Source of the DNA: Promethearchaeota archaeon | Lineage (GTDB): Archaea; Asgardarchaeota; Lokiarchaeia; Sigyniarchaeales; SOKP01 | Assembly: GCA_011364975.1 (NCBI GenBank) | Contig: RDOE01000007.1 | Span: 1-63,704, forward strand | Direction: 5' to 3' | Length of the DNA stretch: 63,704 bases | Part shown: piece after piece, positions 30,567 through 41,117 of the stretch | How positions within the stretch are numbered: the first letter of the stretch is position 1 | How the letters are laid out: every line of letters begins with the position of its first letter | Notes under the pieces: generated by a model | What the model saw: the letters and a program-made list of their open reading frames with translations, nothing else | The model's database searches: none | Told to the model about the DNA's origin: nothing | Position numbers and translations under genes: made by a program

Positions 30567-32732
30567 ATGAAATTTTGTCCTAAATGTGAAAATCTACTAC
30601 AATATCATAATGGTAATTTATATTGTAAATTTTGTGATAGATATTGGCATCAGTATAATGATGAATTGAAACTTACATTAAATCAAACTCTTAATCAAAA
30701 AGATATAAAGTTATTAGAAAAAGAAGAAAAAATTGAGAAAGTTAGTGAAACCACAAATTTTAAAACTCTAACTTACCGTAATTTTTTTCCATACGAGGAA
30801 TATAGACAACATCAAGAAAAAATTATCAAAGATATAGAATTAGCTTCCCAAGAAAGAAAAAATACATTATTAGTTGCCCCAAATGGCACTGGAAAAACAA
30901 TTGTGGCCTTAAGTGCCTTTTTACCTATAGCAATTAATAAGAATTTGAAAATTATCTATCTGTGTAGAACTCATGCTCAAAATTCAAGAGTTATAAAAGA
31001 ACTAACAAAAATTTCAAACTACCTTGAAAGCACCAACCCGAATTTAAAAGTAAATGGTCTCTCTATTAGAGGGAGGAATGAAATGTGTCTAAACAAAACT
31101 TTAGTATCTCTTAAACTCAATCCTAACGAATCTATGGCAGTATGTACCGATTTAAGAAAAAATCGAAATTGTAGTTATTTTTTAAACCTACTTAAGAAAA
31201 AAGGTCAAAATGATAATCCAATTAATATTGCGCCAGATCTTTTAAATAAACCTGTTGATGCGGGAGAGTTAATTAAATATTGTGAGGAAAAAAAGTTATG
31301 TCCTTACTTTTTAAGTAAGTATCTTTTGAGCGAAATGCGATTAATAATATGTAATTATCAATGGATTTTCCATCCATTTATTAGGGAAAATTTTCTTGCT
31401 TTTATAGAGAAAGAACTTGATGATTGCATTTTAGTACTTGATGAATGCCATAACATTATCGATATGGCTACAGATATTAACTCTGATTCGATCTCACCTT
31501 ATTCATTGAGAATTTGCCTAAGAGATTTAGAATTATATCGTTCTCCAATATTAATGCAAAGTTTCATTAAAATTCTGTTAAATCATTTAGAAAAGAAAAA
31601 GAAGCAATTAAATATAGAAGAAAAAGAAATAGATGCTGAAAATTTTTTATTTCAAGTTTATACAAGATTGGGTTTGTCAGACTTAAATAGTTTTAAAAAC
31701 TTTATAAAAGAATTACATGAGTTTAGCGTTTCAATCCATGATGAAAGAATAGCGAATGGTGAAATATCAAGAGATTATATCGGAGCCTTAGCAGAGTTTT
31801 GGCTAAAATGGATCAGATGTTATACTCTGGAGAATTACTTTTTCTGTTATACATCCAGAGAAATAAAAGGAAAGAATGCTATTTTCTTAGAAATTGTGGC
31901 TTTAGATCCAAGAGAAGTGGTTATCCCTGTTTTAAAATCATGTTATACTAGTTTACATCTTTCTGGAACGGTTAACCCTTATGTTTATAATAACCTGATG
32001 GGTTTACAAGAAACGGGTAAAAAATTTAAGGGAATTGTAGCCGATTCACCCTTTAAAAAAGAAAATATTAAGGCAATAATTACAGATGGAGTTAATACCA
32101 GAAATGAGAATCGGACCGCTTTAACATACAAAAAGATGTTATCTAAAATAAATGAGGTTATAGCATCAACCCCTGCTAATATAGGCATTTTTTGTGCATC
32201 ATATACTATTTTAAAAGATTTAATAGCAAATGGCCTCACAACCATAGCTATTAATAATAACAAGCAGCTATTCATTGAAGAACAAGGACTTTCAGCATCT
32301 GAAAATGCGTCATTAATAAACGAATTCAAATCAATGGCACTTGCCCCCAATAACGGTGCCATATTATTAGGGGTTTGTGGAGGTCGCAATTCAGAAGGGG
32401 AGGATTATCCTGGACCCTATATGAATGCAGTAATAATAGCTGGTTTTCCTTATCATTTACCCACTCCTCGAGTAGAAGCTAAAATTAACTATTATGATAA
32501 GGTATTTAATAAGCAAGGATGGAATTTTGCATATCTTTATCCCGCAGTACAAAGAGCTAATCAGGCATCAGGAAGACCTATACGTAAACTCAAAGATAAA
32601 GGGGTAATTATATTTATGGACTCCCGTTTTAAACAAAAATATAAATGGATCTCTGAATGGATAAGAAATGAATTAGAAATTGCGCAAGATAGAAATGGTG
32701 CATTATCTAAAATGTTAAGTAATTTCTGGTAA
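30567..32732 (+). CDS. xpd: XPD/Rad3-family Fe-S DNA helicase with N-terminal zinc ribbon
   Basis: Q motif FPYEEYRQHQ, APNGTGKT, RTH, Fe-S cysteines, CPYF, DECH, SGT, SEG, QASGRPIR, DSRF. Confidence 0.9.
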   Translation: MKFCPKCENLLQYHNGNLYCKFCDRYWHQYNDELKLTLNQTLNQKDIKLLEKEEKIEKVSETTNFKTLTYRNFFPYEEYRQHQEKIIKDIELASQERKNTLLVAPNGTGKTIVALSAFLPIAINKNLKIIYLCRTHAQNSRVIKELTKISNYLESTNPNLKVNGLSIRGRNEMCLNKTLVSLKLNPNESMAVCTDLRKNRNCSYFLNLLKKKGQNDNPINIAPDLLNKPVDAGELIKYCEEKKLCPYFLSKYLLSEMRLIICNYQWIFHPFIRENFLAFIEKELDDCILVLDECHNIIDMATDINSDSISPYSLRICLRDLELYRSPILMQSFIKILLNHLEKKKKQLNIEEKEIDAENFLFQVYTRLGLSDLNSFKNFIKELHEFSVSIHDERIANGEISRDYIGALAEFWLKWIRCYTLENYFFCYTSREIKGKNAIFLEIVALDPREVVIPVLKSCYTSLHLSGTVNPYVYNNLMGLQETGKKFKGIVADSPFKKENIKAIITDGVNTRNENRTALTYKKMLSKINEVIASTPANIGIFCASYTILKDLIANGLTTIAINNNKQLFIEEQGLSASENASLINEFKSMALAPNNGAILLGVCGGRNSEGEDYPGPYMNAVIIAGFPYHLPTPRVEAKINYYDKVFNKQGWNFAYLYPAVQRANQASGRPIRKLKDKGVIIFMDSRFKQKYKWISEWIRNELEIAQDRNGALSKMLSNFW

Positions 32733-32757
32733 AACCAAAATCTAGTAATTACTACAA

Positions 32758-33948
32758 CTAACTTTTAAAACTAAGTATAATTGAACAAACAGATATTAAT
32801 GGAAAAAACATCAATATCCACATAAAAGCATAATAATTTGGATTAAAAAGTAATAATAAGCTGAGAAACAACCCCCCTACGAAACCACCTGAGAAAAAAC
32901 TAGACTGCGCATATCCAAGATATTTCCCTTTATTTAATGGATTTGTTTTTTGTGCTATATAAATTTGAATAGCATTCCAAAATAATGCAAAAGAAAAGGA
33001 AACCATAATTTGACTTAATAAAAATCCAAAAAATTCAGTGGAAACCATATACCCAAAAATAGCTACACTACTCAACAGAAATCCAATGACAATAATTATC
33101 TTTTGATTCTTATTTGTTATTATTTTCCCTGTAATAAGCATAAGAAAGAACTGAAGGAGTGGATTAAATCCTAAAAGAAATCCAATTTGAGTATCGCTTG
33201 TTAAGTGAAAAGACATTAACACTGCTAGAATCGTGATTATCGGTCTTACTCCAAAGTGTCTGAAAAAAAGCGCAAAGTAAAGTGCTCTTGAAACACCTTT
33301 TTCTATTACTCGATTATTTGAATTATTTTCATAAGAATCGTTGATTTTCAAGAATTCGTTCCGCTGTAAAATTTTCGAACGTTCCTCCTTTATAAAAATG
33401 ACGAAAAAAATATTAATTAAAGATGTTATCAGAATAAAAATTAGTACTGAGGAAATCTCAAATAAATCTAAAAATATACCACCAATCTGAGAACCTAAAA
33501 ACCACCCAAAAACAGAAACCGCATTGTAATAAGAAACATACTTGGGATCATTCTCTATTAATTCTTGATATAGCGAAAATATAACTCGATAAAATGAGGC
33601 AAATACTGCATAGAAAATTAAAATAGATGTGATGATCGCTATATTTGTTGAAAATAACAATAGTAAAAAAAAAGTACTAATTCCTATAGAACCTGTTAGA
33701 ATAAAATAATACCGATTTTGCAATTTATCGGACAATTTACCTAAAAATGGAGGTAGAAAGGTAAAAGTAAAAGGATATAACGTGGTAACGAATTGTATTA
33801 CTGATAATTCATTTCCTAGATTTAACAAATAACGAGGAAGATAATATATCAAAGCCATTCCTGCAGTTCCATTCACTAGAACTGAAGCTAAGATAAATAT
33901 TACTGAATTCTTAGAAATGATCAAATAATTACACCGATCTATTTCCAT
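32758..33948 (-). CDS. MFS transporter
   Basis: About 12 TM segments; motif A GKLSDKLQNR. Confidence 0.85.
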   Translation of the reverse strand: MEIDRCNYLIISKNSVIFILASVLVNGTAGMALIYYLPRYLLNLGNELSVIQFVTTLYPFTFTFLPPFLGKLSDKLQNRYYFILTGSIGISTFFLLLLFSTNIAIITSILIFYAVFASFYRVIFSLYQELIENDPKYVSYYNAVSVFGWFLGSQIGGIFLDLFEISSVLIFILITSLINIFFVIFIKEERSKILQRNEFLKINDSYENNSNNRVIEKGVSRALYFALFFRHFGVRPIITILAVLMSFHLTSDTQIGFLLGFNPLLQFFLMLITGKIITNKNQKIIIVIGFLLSSVAIFGYMVSTEFFGFLLSQIMVSFSFALFWNAIQIYIAQKTNPLNKGKYLGYAQSSFFSGGFVGGLFLSLLLLFNPNYYAFMWILMFFPLISVCSIILSFKS

Positions 33949-35725
33949 GAATTACTTTAAAATATAAATCTGATAATTTTTGTGAGACTTTCTTCCACGT
34001 AAAATTCTTTTTAACTCTTTTGTAACAATTTTCTTGAATTTTATTATAATAGTTTGAGTTTAAAAGTACATTTGACTTAACAACTTCATCTGGAATTTGA
34101 TTTATAATCATTAAAAGCTCCGGATTAAAAATAGTGTGATCTGGTGTTAATTTCACTTTTTCAAAAACTTCAAGCGCTTTTAATAGAGAAATTAAGGCAT
34201 TAGCGAAATGCTTTGGGTTATCTTTATCTATTAGAATTCCAGTACCAATATCTGAATAATATCTCAAATCTATTATTGTTTCTTGAAGACCACCAACTTT
34301 TGTTGCTATTATCGGAATTTTTGATGCCATTGCTTCTAATGCCATAATTCCAAAAGGTTCCCACCGTGATAATGCGCAGTATACATCAGCACAGATATGC
34401 CCAAGATAAAAAATGTCAGGTGCTACTCCAAAAATTATTCTTATATTATTAGGAAATTCTTTTACGTATTTAGAATAAGATTTAATCTCATTTAGGCTAT
34501 AATCAGTTGGTAAAATTAGAAATAAAAATTTAACATTGGGAATACGCTCTATTATATCAGGAATTGCTTCAAAAATCGTTTCAAATCCTTTTTGAGGAGA
34601 TATTCGCCCTGTAGTTAAAACTAACGGGCCAGCTTCAGAAAAAGCTTTGATATTACCATTTTTAATAAAGGGATTCCCATTAGAAATTTCATTAATAGCT
34701 TCTAAAACTCTCTGAGAACTAATTAATGGACTTTGTACCAAATTACCAATTTTATATTCTAATAAAAACTTTTTCAATTCTTCTCTTGTATAATTATGAG
34801 AGATTTGAGTATTAAAGTAATTCATAAGTTCAATTTGATGATTCTTTGTCACTTCTTTAAAAATATCCTCATATTCCCAATCACATCCGTCCCAGATAAA
34901 ATCCGTTTTAAATTCAATTAATTCCTTACCACAATTTGGAATAATATCTGATTTTAAGTATGATTCACTTACTGTTGTTACTAAATCAGAAACAATTGCA
35001 CCTATTCTCTCAACAGTTGGAATAGCTTCTTCGGGATACTTGGCAAGATGAAAAATTTCATCTATCCGTAAAGATTGAGGACCTTTAGATAATACTATTT
35101 TAATTGGGGTATTGTCAATACCACATAATGTATAGAAGAAAAATTCATACCTAGGATAGGTTAATAAGTGGATTGTTATTATTGCTGGAATTTCAAGTCC
35201 ATTTTGAGTTAGAATTTGTTTCATACTGATAAATGACATAACAACATGATAATCATGCATGTGCACTAGTTCTGGGATCAAATGACTCTCATTTTCCAAA
35301 AAGAATTTAACTAAACTGCGAATACCAATTGTAAACAGACATATTTTGCCCATTATCGTATCAGGATTATAAACCGTCCGATCATCAATAAATCTGGAAG
35401 TAAATTCATTGTCTCCCGCTAAGACCACAACTTTAACATTTCCTACTTCAAATTGATAATAGGATATTTGATAAAAGGATTCTGAATATTTATTACTGAA
35501 ATACGAAGCGTTAATCAGTCCACTGCAGGAATATGCTATCTTTACCCAAGGATATCTTTCTTTTAACTTTTGGATCTGACCATGAGATGGCATAAAAGCT
35601 GTAATATCAAAATAATTTGATAAATGTTTTGCTTGATTTGCTGGTACTTCCCCTAACCCACCTACTTTAACAACCCCAGCATATTCAAAAGTGAATATCC
35701 ATACTTTCTTTTTAGTCTCTGTCAC
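33929..35725 (-). CDS. glgA: Glycogen/starch synthase (GT5)
   Basis: KVGGLG, HMHDYH, TTVS, GRISPQKG, SRWEPFG...EAM, VGGL. Confidence 0.85.
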   Translation of the reverse strand: MTETKKKVWIFTFEYAGVVKVGGLGEVPANQAKHLSNYFDITAFMPSHGQIQKLKERYPWVKIAYSCSGLINASYFSNKYSESFYQISYYQFEVGNVKVVVLAGDNEFTSRFIDDRTVYNPDTIMGKICLFTIGIRSLVKFFLENESHLIPELVHMHDYHVVMSFISMKQILTQNGLEIPAIITIHLLTYPRYEFFFYTLCGIDNTPIKIVLSKGPQSLRIDEIFHLAKYPEEAIPTVERIGAIVSDLVTTVSESYLKSDIIPNCGKELIEFKTDFIWDGCDWEYEDIFKEVTKNHQIELMNYFNTQISHNYTREELKKFLLEYKIGNLVQSPLISSQRVLEAINEISNGNPFIKNGNIKAFSEAGPLVLTTGRISPQKGFETIFEAIPDIIERIPNVKFLFLILPTDYSLNEIKSYSKYVKEFPNNIRIIFGVAPDIFYLGHICADVYCALSRWEPFGIMALEAMASKIPIIATKVGGLQETIIDLRYYSDIGTGILIDKDNPKHFANALISLLKALEVFEKVKLTPDHTIFNPELLMIINQIPDEVVKSNVLLNSNYYNKIQENCYKRVKKNFTWKKVSQKLSDLYFKVIHGNRSV

Positions 35726-35874
35726 ATTCTCTCAATATTGTAAAACGTTTATAAAATAGAATAACATTTGCTAAAATTATAATACGATTTAAATTATCAA
35801 TTGATTTAAAAAATTAGTTTTATTAAAATTTAATTAAAAAGATAATTTGTACGGAATAGTTAGAGCAATTAAGA

Positions 35875-37518
35875 TTAGATTTTTGCATGATGTTTCAATA
35901 TCTGCCCATTTAATGCTCCAGTATGTTGACAATTAGCAAATGTTATTTCACCATTTACTATGACATATTCTATTCCTTCTGGTTCTTTACAACCATTTTC
36001 TAAGGTACCTTTTTCGTTTATTGTCTCAGGATCAAATATAACTAAATCAGCTTTATACCCTTCTTTGATGATTCCTCGATCTTTGAGTTTTAATATTGAG
36101 GCGGGCAATGAGGTCATCTTTTTGATCATTTCCTCTAAAGAAATTATTTCTTGCTCTCTAACCCATCTAGCGATAGCCCTTGGAAATGCACCATATGCTC
36201 GAGGATGGGTATTACCCCCGATAATTAAAATGGCATCAGAACTAGGAACAACGTATTTTTGTAGAAATAAAGGAATAACACTTTTTTTTTCATTTTTTTG
36301 TTGAATTCGAATCATAATTCCCCCTTCTTCATCAAGAATATAATCTAATAATGCATCTTCCAAGTTTTTATAGGGATATAAAATAGTTAAAGCATCATAT
36401 AATGTTTTTCCCTCTACTTTGTGATTATTTAAAGCATAAATGATAATTACTCCTTTACTTAGAACTGGAATTATTTTTTTTCTAAGTAGAAATTTAGGGA
36501 TCACTTTCATCTTTAATGGTGCATCTGAAAGAAACATGGAATATAACTTCGCAAATATTTCGTTTTTAATTTTTTTTCTCGTTTCTGAGTTTGTTAAATT
36601 ACCTTTAAAATCATTATATACCCATGTAGGTAATAGAACAAACGATAGGCTGGTAAACCCGTCATTATATACTACAACATCCGCAGTTATTTCTAACCCT
36701 TGTTCCCTAGACTTATTTACAAGTTCTATTGCTTTTTTAGTCAATTCTTCATATTTATATTGACTAATTACGCTCCAGTGAGATATATGAGCCCTTACAT
36801 TTGCTTCCTGGGCAATTCTTATCAATTCTTTCATACCAATATCAATAACCCCTGCACCTTCATTTCGCATATGTGAATCATAGATTCCATCAAATTGACT
36901 TACCATTTTGGAAAGCTCTATTAATTCTTCTGTTGATGTTACTGATCCAGGAGGATAAACTAACCCTGTAGACAATCCAAAAGCACCTGCTTCCATATTT
37001 TCTTTAACTATTCTCTTCATCTCTGCTAATTCAAGATCAGTTGCAGGTCTTGTCTCTGTGCCTAAAACACATGCTCTAACATTACCTTGAGGGATTAGAA
37101 ATGCTAAATTGATAGAGATACCTCTTTTCTCAATTTCATTAAAAAAATCATTAAGATGATCATATAACTCCGGAGAAGAGCAAAATGCTTTATTTACAAA
37201 ATTAAGGTAATAATCTTTTACTTTTTTATTTGCAGGAGATACTCCAATTCCACATAAACTAACTAAAATTGTGGTCATTCCTTGTGCTATAAATGCTTCA
37301 GCATCAGTTGCTTCAAGAATAGTCAAATCTGCGTGATTATGTAAATCAATAAAACCTGGACAAACCACTTTATCCCTAGCATCTATTACTTTAGCTCCAT
37401 TTGAATCAATATTCTGCTTGATTTCGATAATTTTGTCATCCTTAATTAATAAATCAGATCTAATGGCTGGAGAACCAGTACCATCTACTAAAAACCCATT
37501 CTTAATTAACAAATGCAT
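35875..37518 (-). CDS. N-acyl-D-amino-acid deacylase family amidohydrolase
   Basis: PGFIDLHNHAD, GLSTGLVYPPG, SHMRNE, HISH, SD, HPRAYGAFPR, GYKADLVIFD. Confidence 0.88.
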   Translation of the reverse strand: MHLLIKNGFLVDGTGSPAIRSDLLIKDDKIIEIKQNIDSNGAKVIDARDKVVCPGFIDLHNHADLTILEATDAEAFIAQGMTTILVSLCGIGVSPANKKVKDYYLNFVNKAFCSSPELYDHLNDFFNEIEKRGISINLAFLIPQGNVRACVLGTETRPATDLELAEMKRIVKENMEAGAFGLSTGLVYPPGSVTSTEELIELSKMVSQFDGIYDSHMRNEGAGVIDIGMKELIRIAQEANVRAHISHWSVISQYKYEELTKKAIELVNKSREQGLEITADVVVYNDGFTSLSFVLLPTWVYNDFKGNLTNSETRKKIKNEIFAKLYSMFLSDAPLKMKVIPKFLLRKKIIPVLSKGVIIIYALNNHKVEGKTLYDALTILYPYKNLEDALLDYILDEEGGIMIRIQQKNEKKSVIPLFLQKYVVPSSDAILIIGGNTHPRAYGAFPRAIARWVREQEIISLEEMIKKMTSLPASILKLKDRGIIKEGYKADLVIFDPETINEKGTLENGCKEPEGIEYVIVNGEITFANCQHTGALNGQILKHHAKI

Positions 37519-37654
37519 ATATTATTCCCTTAAAACATTTTTATTTTAATTAATAATAAATTTTTAACTCTATTAAGTTAAATTATAGCATTAAACCTTT
37601 TATTATATGTTCTCCTAAAGTTATTAAGAACCTAACAAGTAAAGGAGAATTAAC

Positions 37655-38845
37655 ATGTGCGATACTTATGTATGCTTATCCACATCAACTTTAGACGGAA
37701 GTGTGATTTTTGGGAAAAATAGTGATAGAATCATTTCAGAAGCGCAATTAATAACATATTCCCCTCGGATAAAATACTCTAAGGGAGAAGAGCTAAATTG
37801 TACTCATATATCAATCCCACAAGCTTCTGAAACAGCTGCTGTAGTTTTAAGCCAGCCTTATTTCATGTATGGTGCAGAAATGGGTGCTAACGAATATAAT
37901 GTAGTGATTGGAAACGAAGCAATTATAACAAGGGAACCTCTGAGAGATTCAGGTCTTATAGGAATGGATCTTCTAAGATTAGGTCTGGAACGTGGTAGAT
38001 CAGCAAAACAAGCACTCGATATTATTATAAAATTATTAGAAGAATATGGTCAAGGTGGGTTTCATAATCTAAAAGGCATTAATTACCATAATTCGTTTTT
38101 AATAGCAGACAATAAAGAAGCTTACGTTTTAGAGACTGCTGGTGATTGGTGGATTGTTGAAATTGTAAAGGATTTCCGTTCTATTTCAAATGATATTACA
38201 ATTAGAGGTAAAGGAGATATGAGGCGAAAAGGAATAATAGATCATGCAATAGAAAAAGGATATTGTAAGGATGAAAACGATTTTGATTTTGCATTAACTT
38301 TTTCAAGCCAAAACGCCTTACCTTCATATGTAGAATGCTCGACTGGGCAGTTAATAAGAAATAACCGAAAAATTACTCCCTCTTTAATGATGAATTTCTT
38401 GAGGAATCATGAGGGAAATATCTGTCGCCACAAACGCGCTGATTTAACTGTTGGTTCTCAAGTATCTCACTTACGAGGGAGTAATAAGAATGCGATCCAT
38501 TGGTTCACAGGAAGTATGTTACCATGTCAAAGCATTTTTAAACCCTATGCTTTTCCTATTAGAACGCAAAATGTCCAAGATTCTAGGCCTAAATCAGAAA
38601 CAAATTCTAATTGGTTCTGGATGAAACATGCTGATTTTGTAAGATCATACATAAAAAATCCTACAACTGAAAAACCAGAAAGAGAAGAATTTATATCCAA
38701 ATCACAAAAAATAGAGGAAGAAATAATCACTAAAATAAATACTTTAATTTCAAAAGAAGAATTAATTGAACCTGAACAATTTATTAACCAAATTGAAACT
38801 ATTAACTTATATTCTTGGCAGAAAGCTGAAGAGCTAATTAAATAA
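37655..38845 (+). CDS. Peptidase C69/secernin-like Ntn hydrolase
   Basis: N-terminal MCDT nucleophile, GKNSDR, GAEMGANE, GMDLLRLGLER. Confidence 0.9.
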   Translation: MCDTYVCLSTSTLDGSVIFGKNSDRIISEAQLITYSPRIKYSKGEELNCTHISIPQASETAAVVLSQPYFMYGAEMGANEYNVVIGNEAIITREPLRDSGLIGMDLLRLGLERGRSAKQALDIIIKLLEEYGQGGFHNLKGINYHNSFLIADNKEAYVLETAGDWWIVEIVKDFRSISNDITIRGKGDMRRKGIIDHAIEKGYCKDENDFDFALTFSSQNALPSYVECSTGQLIRNNRKITPSLMMNFLRNHEGNICRHKRADLTVGSQVSHLRGSNKNAIHWFTGSMLPCQSIFKPYAFPIRTQNVQDSRPKSETNSNWFWMKHADFVRSYIKNPTTEKPEREEFISKSQKIEEEIITKINTLISKEELIEPEQFINQIETINLYSWQKAEELIK

Positions 38846-39065
38846 TTATTTGAGAAATCAATATCAGATAGATTTTGGTTATTATTTACTCCTCTGTTAG
38901 CGACTTAATTGAGTTAAAACTGGCAATTCTGAGATTAGTTCATATATGAGAGTGAAAAATTTAGGTAATGACAATTGCTTGATTGATTAAAAAAGATTTA
39001 CTACCAAAATTCAAAAATTAAGGGTGAATTTTGAAATTAATCCCAAAAAAATCATCTAAAATTTA

Positions 39066-40454
39066 CTATTTTATTGATTCTAATAACTTGATTACTCCAG
39101 CTTCAATATAAGCACCACAAAGAGGGCTAAAGCACATAAATGGTTCATAACCTCCCTCTCCAGTATACGTTTCTATTGTAAATAAATAACCTATCCAATC
39201 TTGGCAATTTTGGAAAATGAATGTATCCTCCTCATTAGTAGGTGATAGTTTTAATAATTCTTTACCAATATCTTCAAATAATTCACCTGGTATAGTTAAA
39301 ATGCTAAAATTTTTATCCCCGGTTACTCTGAATTTTATATATTGAATGTATGTTTTCCCATACTTTTTTAACCCTTTTGATTCTATCGTGAAAAAGGGAA
39401 AATTAACAGCTTTCTTATCAAATTTAGCGATTTTCATTAGGAAATATTTCTTTATTATCCACTTTAATTTATTTGAAAACCATACTTTTGAATAATATTT
39501 TGCGTCCTTTTGAGGAATAAGTATTGTTTTCATCGAAATATCAATTTCAATATTAGCAGAGTAATCTTCTTCGGGAATAGAATTAACCAGTTTCAACGCT
39601 TCCTCAGCAATAATGTACCCAATTTTTTCTGTATGCTCATAAATTCCAATTTGATCATAAGTTAGGGTTTTATCCTCATCAATCTTCTCAAAATCAGTTC
39701 CTGAAGTAGTTATTGGATTTAAGTCCCCAGATGGACCGTTAAAGTAAATTGTTTTAACACTATTATTTGTTAATTGATCCGTTTTGTAGATAATTCTTCC
39801 AGGATAATCCGCAGATAATTTACTATTTTTATAAGACAAGGTGGTAGGATGACATGCATAATTAATGATAAAACCAATTAGATTATTATCCTCCCTATTT
39901 TTAAAAGATATGACTCCTAAATCTGGTAAAACTTCTCTTTTAGGCCATCTTCGATTAATTACTATTGCTGGGTTAAATTTCTCTTGCTTCCAAGACACTC
40001 TGCATGGCTTTAAATCTTCAAATAACTTATATACCATATTAACTATTCGATTAGCCATCCAAACAATGTATTTATCGCTTTTATTATCTGCAAACATCAC
40101 TCCTTTCATAAAAGCTAATGCTCCACCGGGAAAATAAAATTCTCCTGTAAGATCAAACGAAGCATGAGTGTGCGTAGCATGTAATAGAATATTTTCCGAT
40201 TTTAATACTGGATTTTTTACCATAAGCCGCTTTTTTACATAATCAACAATAGATAAGGGTAATTTTAAAATATCGATCGAAATTAATAATAGGTTTCTTT
40301 CTTTCCCCTCTTCATTATTGTTGCTTATTAGTACACCATAAGCATGAATGTTATCTAAAATTCCTAAACATGGTTCTTTACGAGAATATCCCGCTAATGG
40401 TTTCCCTTTATAATCCTTAGGCGTAATACTAATACGATTAAACGCAACTTTCAT
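39066..40454 (-). CDS. Neutral/alkaline ceramidase-like hydrolase
   Basis: ITP, LAGY, ATHTHA, NYACHPT, SADYPG, NGPSGDLNP, PGELF, GY...YE. Confidence 0.8.
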   Translation of the reverse strand: MKVAFNRISITPKDYKGKPLAGYSRKEPCLGILDNIHAYGVLISNNNEEGKERNLLLISIDILKLPLSIVDYVKKRLMVKNPVLKSENILLHATHTHASFDLTGEFYFPGGALAFMKGVMFADNKSDKYIVWMANRIVNMVYKLFEDLKPCRVSWKQEKFNPAIVINRRWPKREVLPDLGVISFKNREDNNLIGFIINYACHPTTLSYKNSKLSADYPGRIIYKTDQLTNNSVKTIYFNGPSGDLNPITTSGTDFEKIDEDKTLTYDQIGIYEHTEKIGYIIAEEALKLVNSIPEEDYSANIEIDISMKTILIPQKDAKYYSKVWFSNKLKWIIKKYFLMKIAKFDKKAVNFPFFTIESKGLKKYGKTYIQYIKFRVTGDKNFSILTIPGELFEDIGKELLKLSPTNEEDTFIFQNCQDWIGYLFTIETYTGEGGYEPFMCFSPLCGAYIEAGVIKLLESIK

Positions 40455-40599
40455 TTGATCATAATATTAAATTAATCTTCAAAAATTTTGTGTTTTTAAA
40501 ATTTTAGATTTCTAACGCTTAAAATACGAAAATTTTTTATTTTTTTATTTATTTTTAGTCTTAATATTAAATTATTCCTAATAATTAAAGTGGTCTTTA

Positions 40600-40893
40600 A
40601 TGTCATCTAATAAATTAGAAATTTTAGGGATGGAAGGAGTTATTTCCAATTATAAAAGAGGACGTCATACAGTTCATCCTAAACATTGCATAATTATATT
40701 CCCTGATATCAAAACAAGAAAGGAAGCAAATAAGTTAATTGGTAGAACCGTTGTATGGGGGAGTCCTTCAGGAAAAGAACTTAAGGGCGTCATTACTAGA
40801 GCCCACGGTAATAATGGAGCAGTTAGAGCCCACTTTAAAAAAGCGGGTGTTCCAGGACAAGCCCTTGGAACAAAAATCCAAGTAATTAAATAA
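40600..40893 (+). CDS. rpl35ae: 50S ribosomal protein L35Ae (eL33)
   Basis: YKRG, GVITRAHGNNGAVRAHF, PGQALG. Confidence 0.92.
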   Translation: MSSNKLEILGMEGVISNYKRGRHTVHPKHCIIIFPDIKTRKEANKLIGRTVVWGSPSGKELKGVITRAHGNNGAVRAHFKKAGVPGQALGTKIQVIK

Positions 40894-41117
40894 ATTAATT
40901 TTTAATTACTTCTATAATATCAAGCCTTTAACCTTTTTTAGTGCATAAAAGCATTAAAGAACAGCTTATAATTTATCATTTTTAAGATTATATTTCAATT
41001 TTTAAATGATATTACACAAATAACATACTTATTTTAGTAGTAAATTTTGTCTACTAACTTTGATAAAGCGATTATATTTTGGTTCTCAAAATTATATACT
41101 TGGGTTTATAATTATAA

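Noticed and set aside
38846-39065. Gap between convergent genes, possible ncRNA or MITE
   Set aside because: No terminal inverted repeats, target duplication or recognisable RNA motif.
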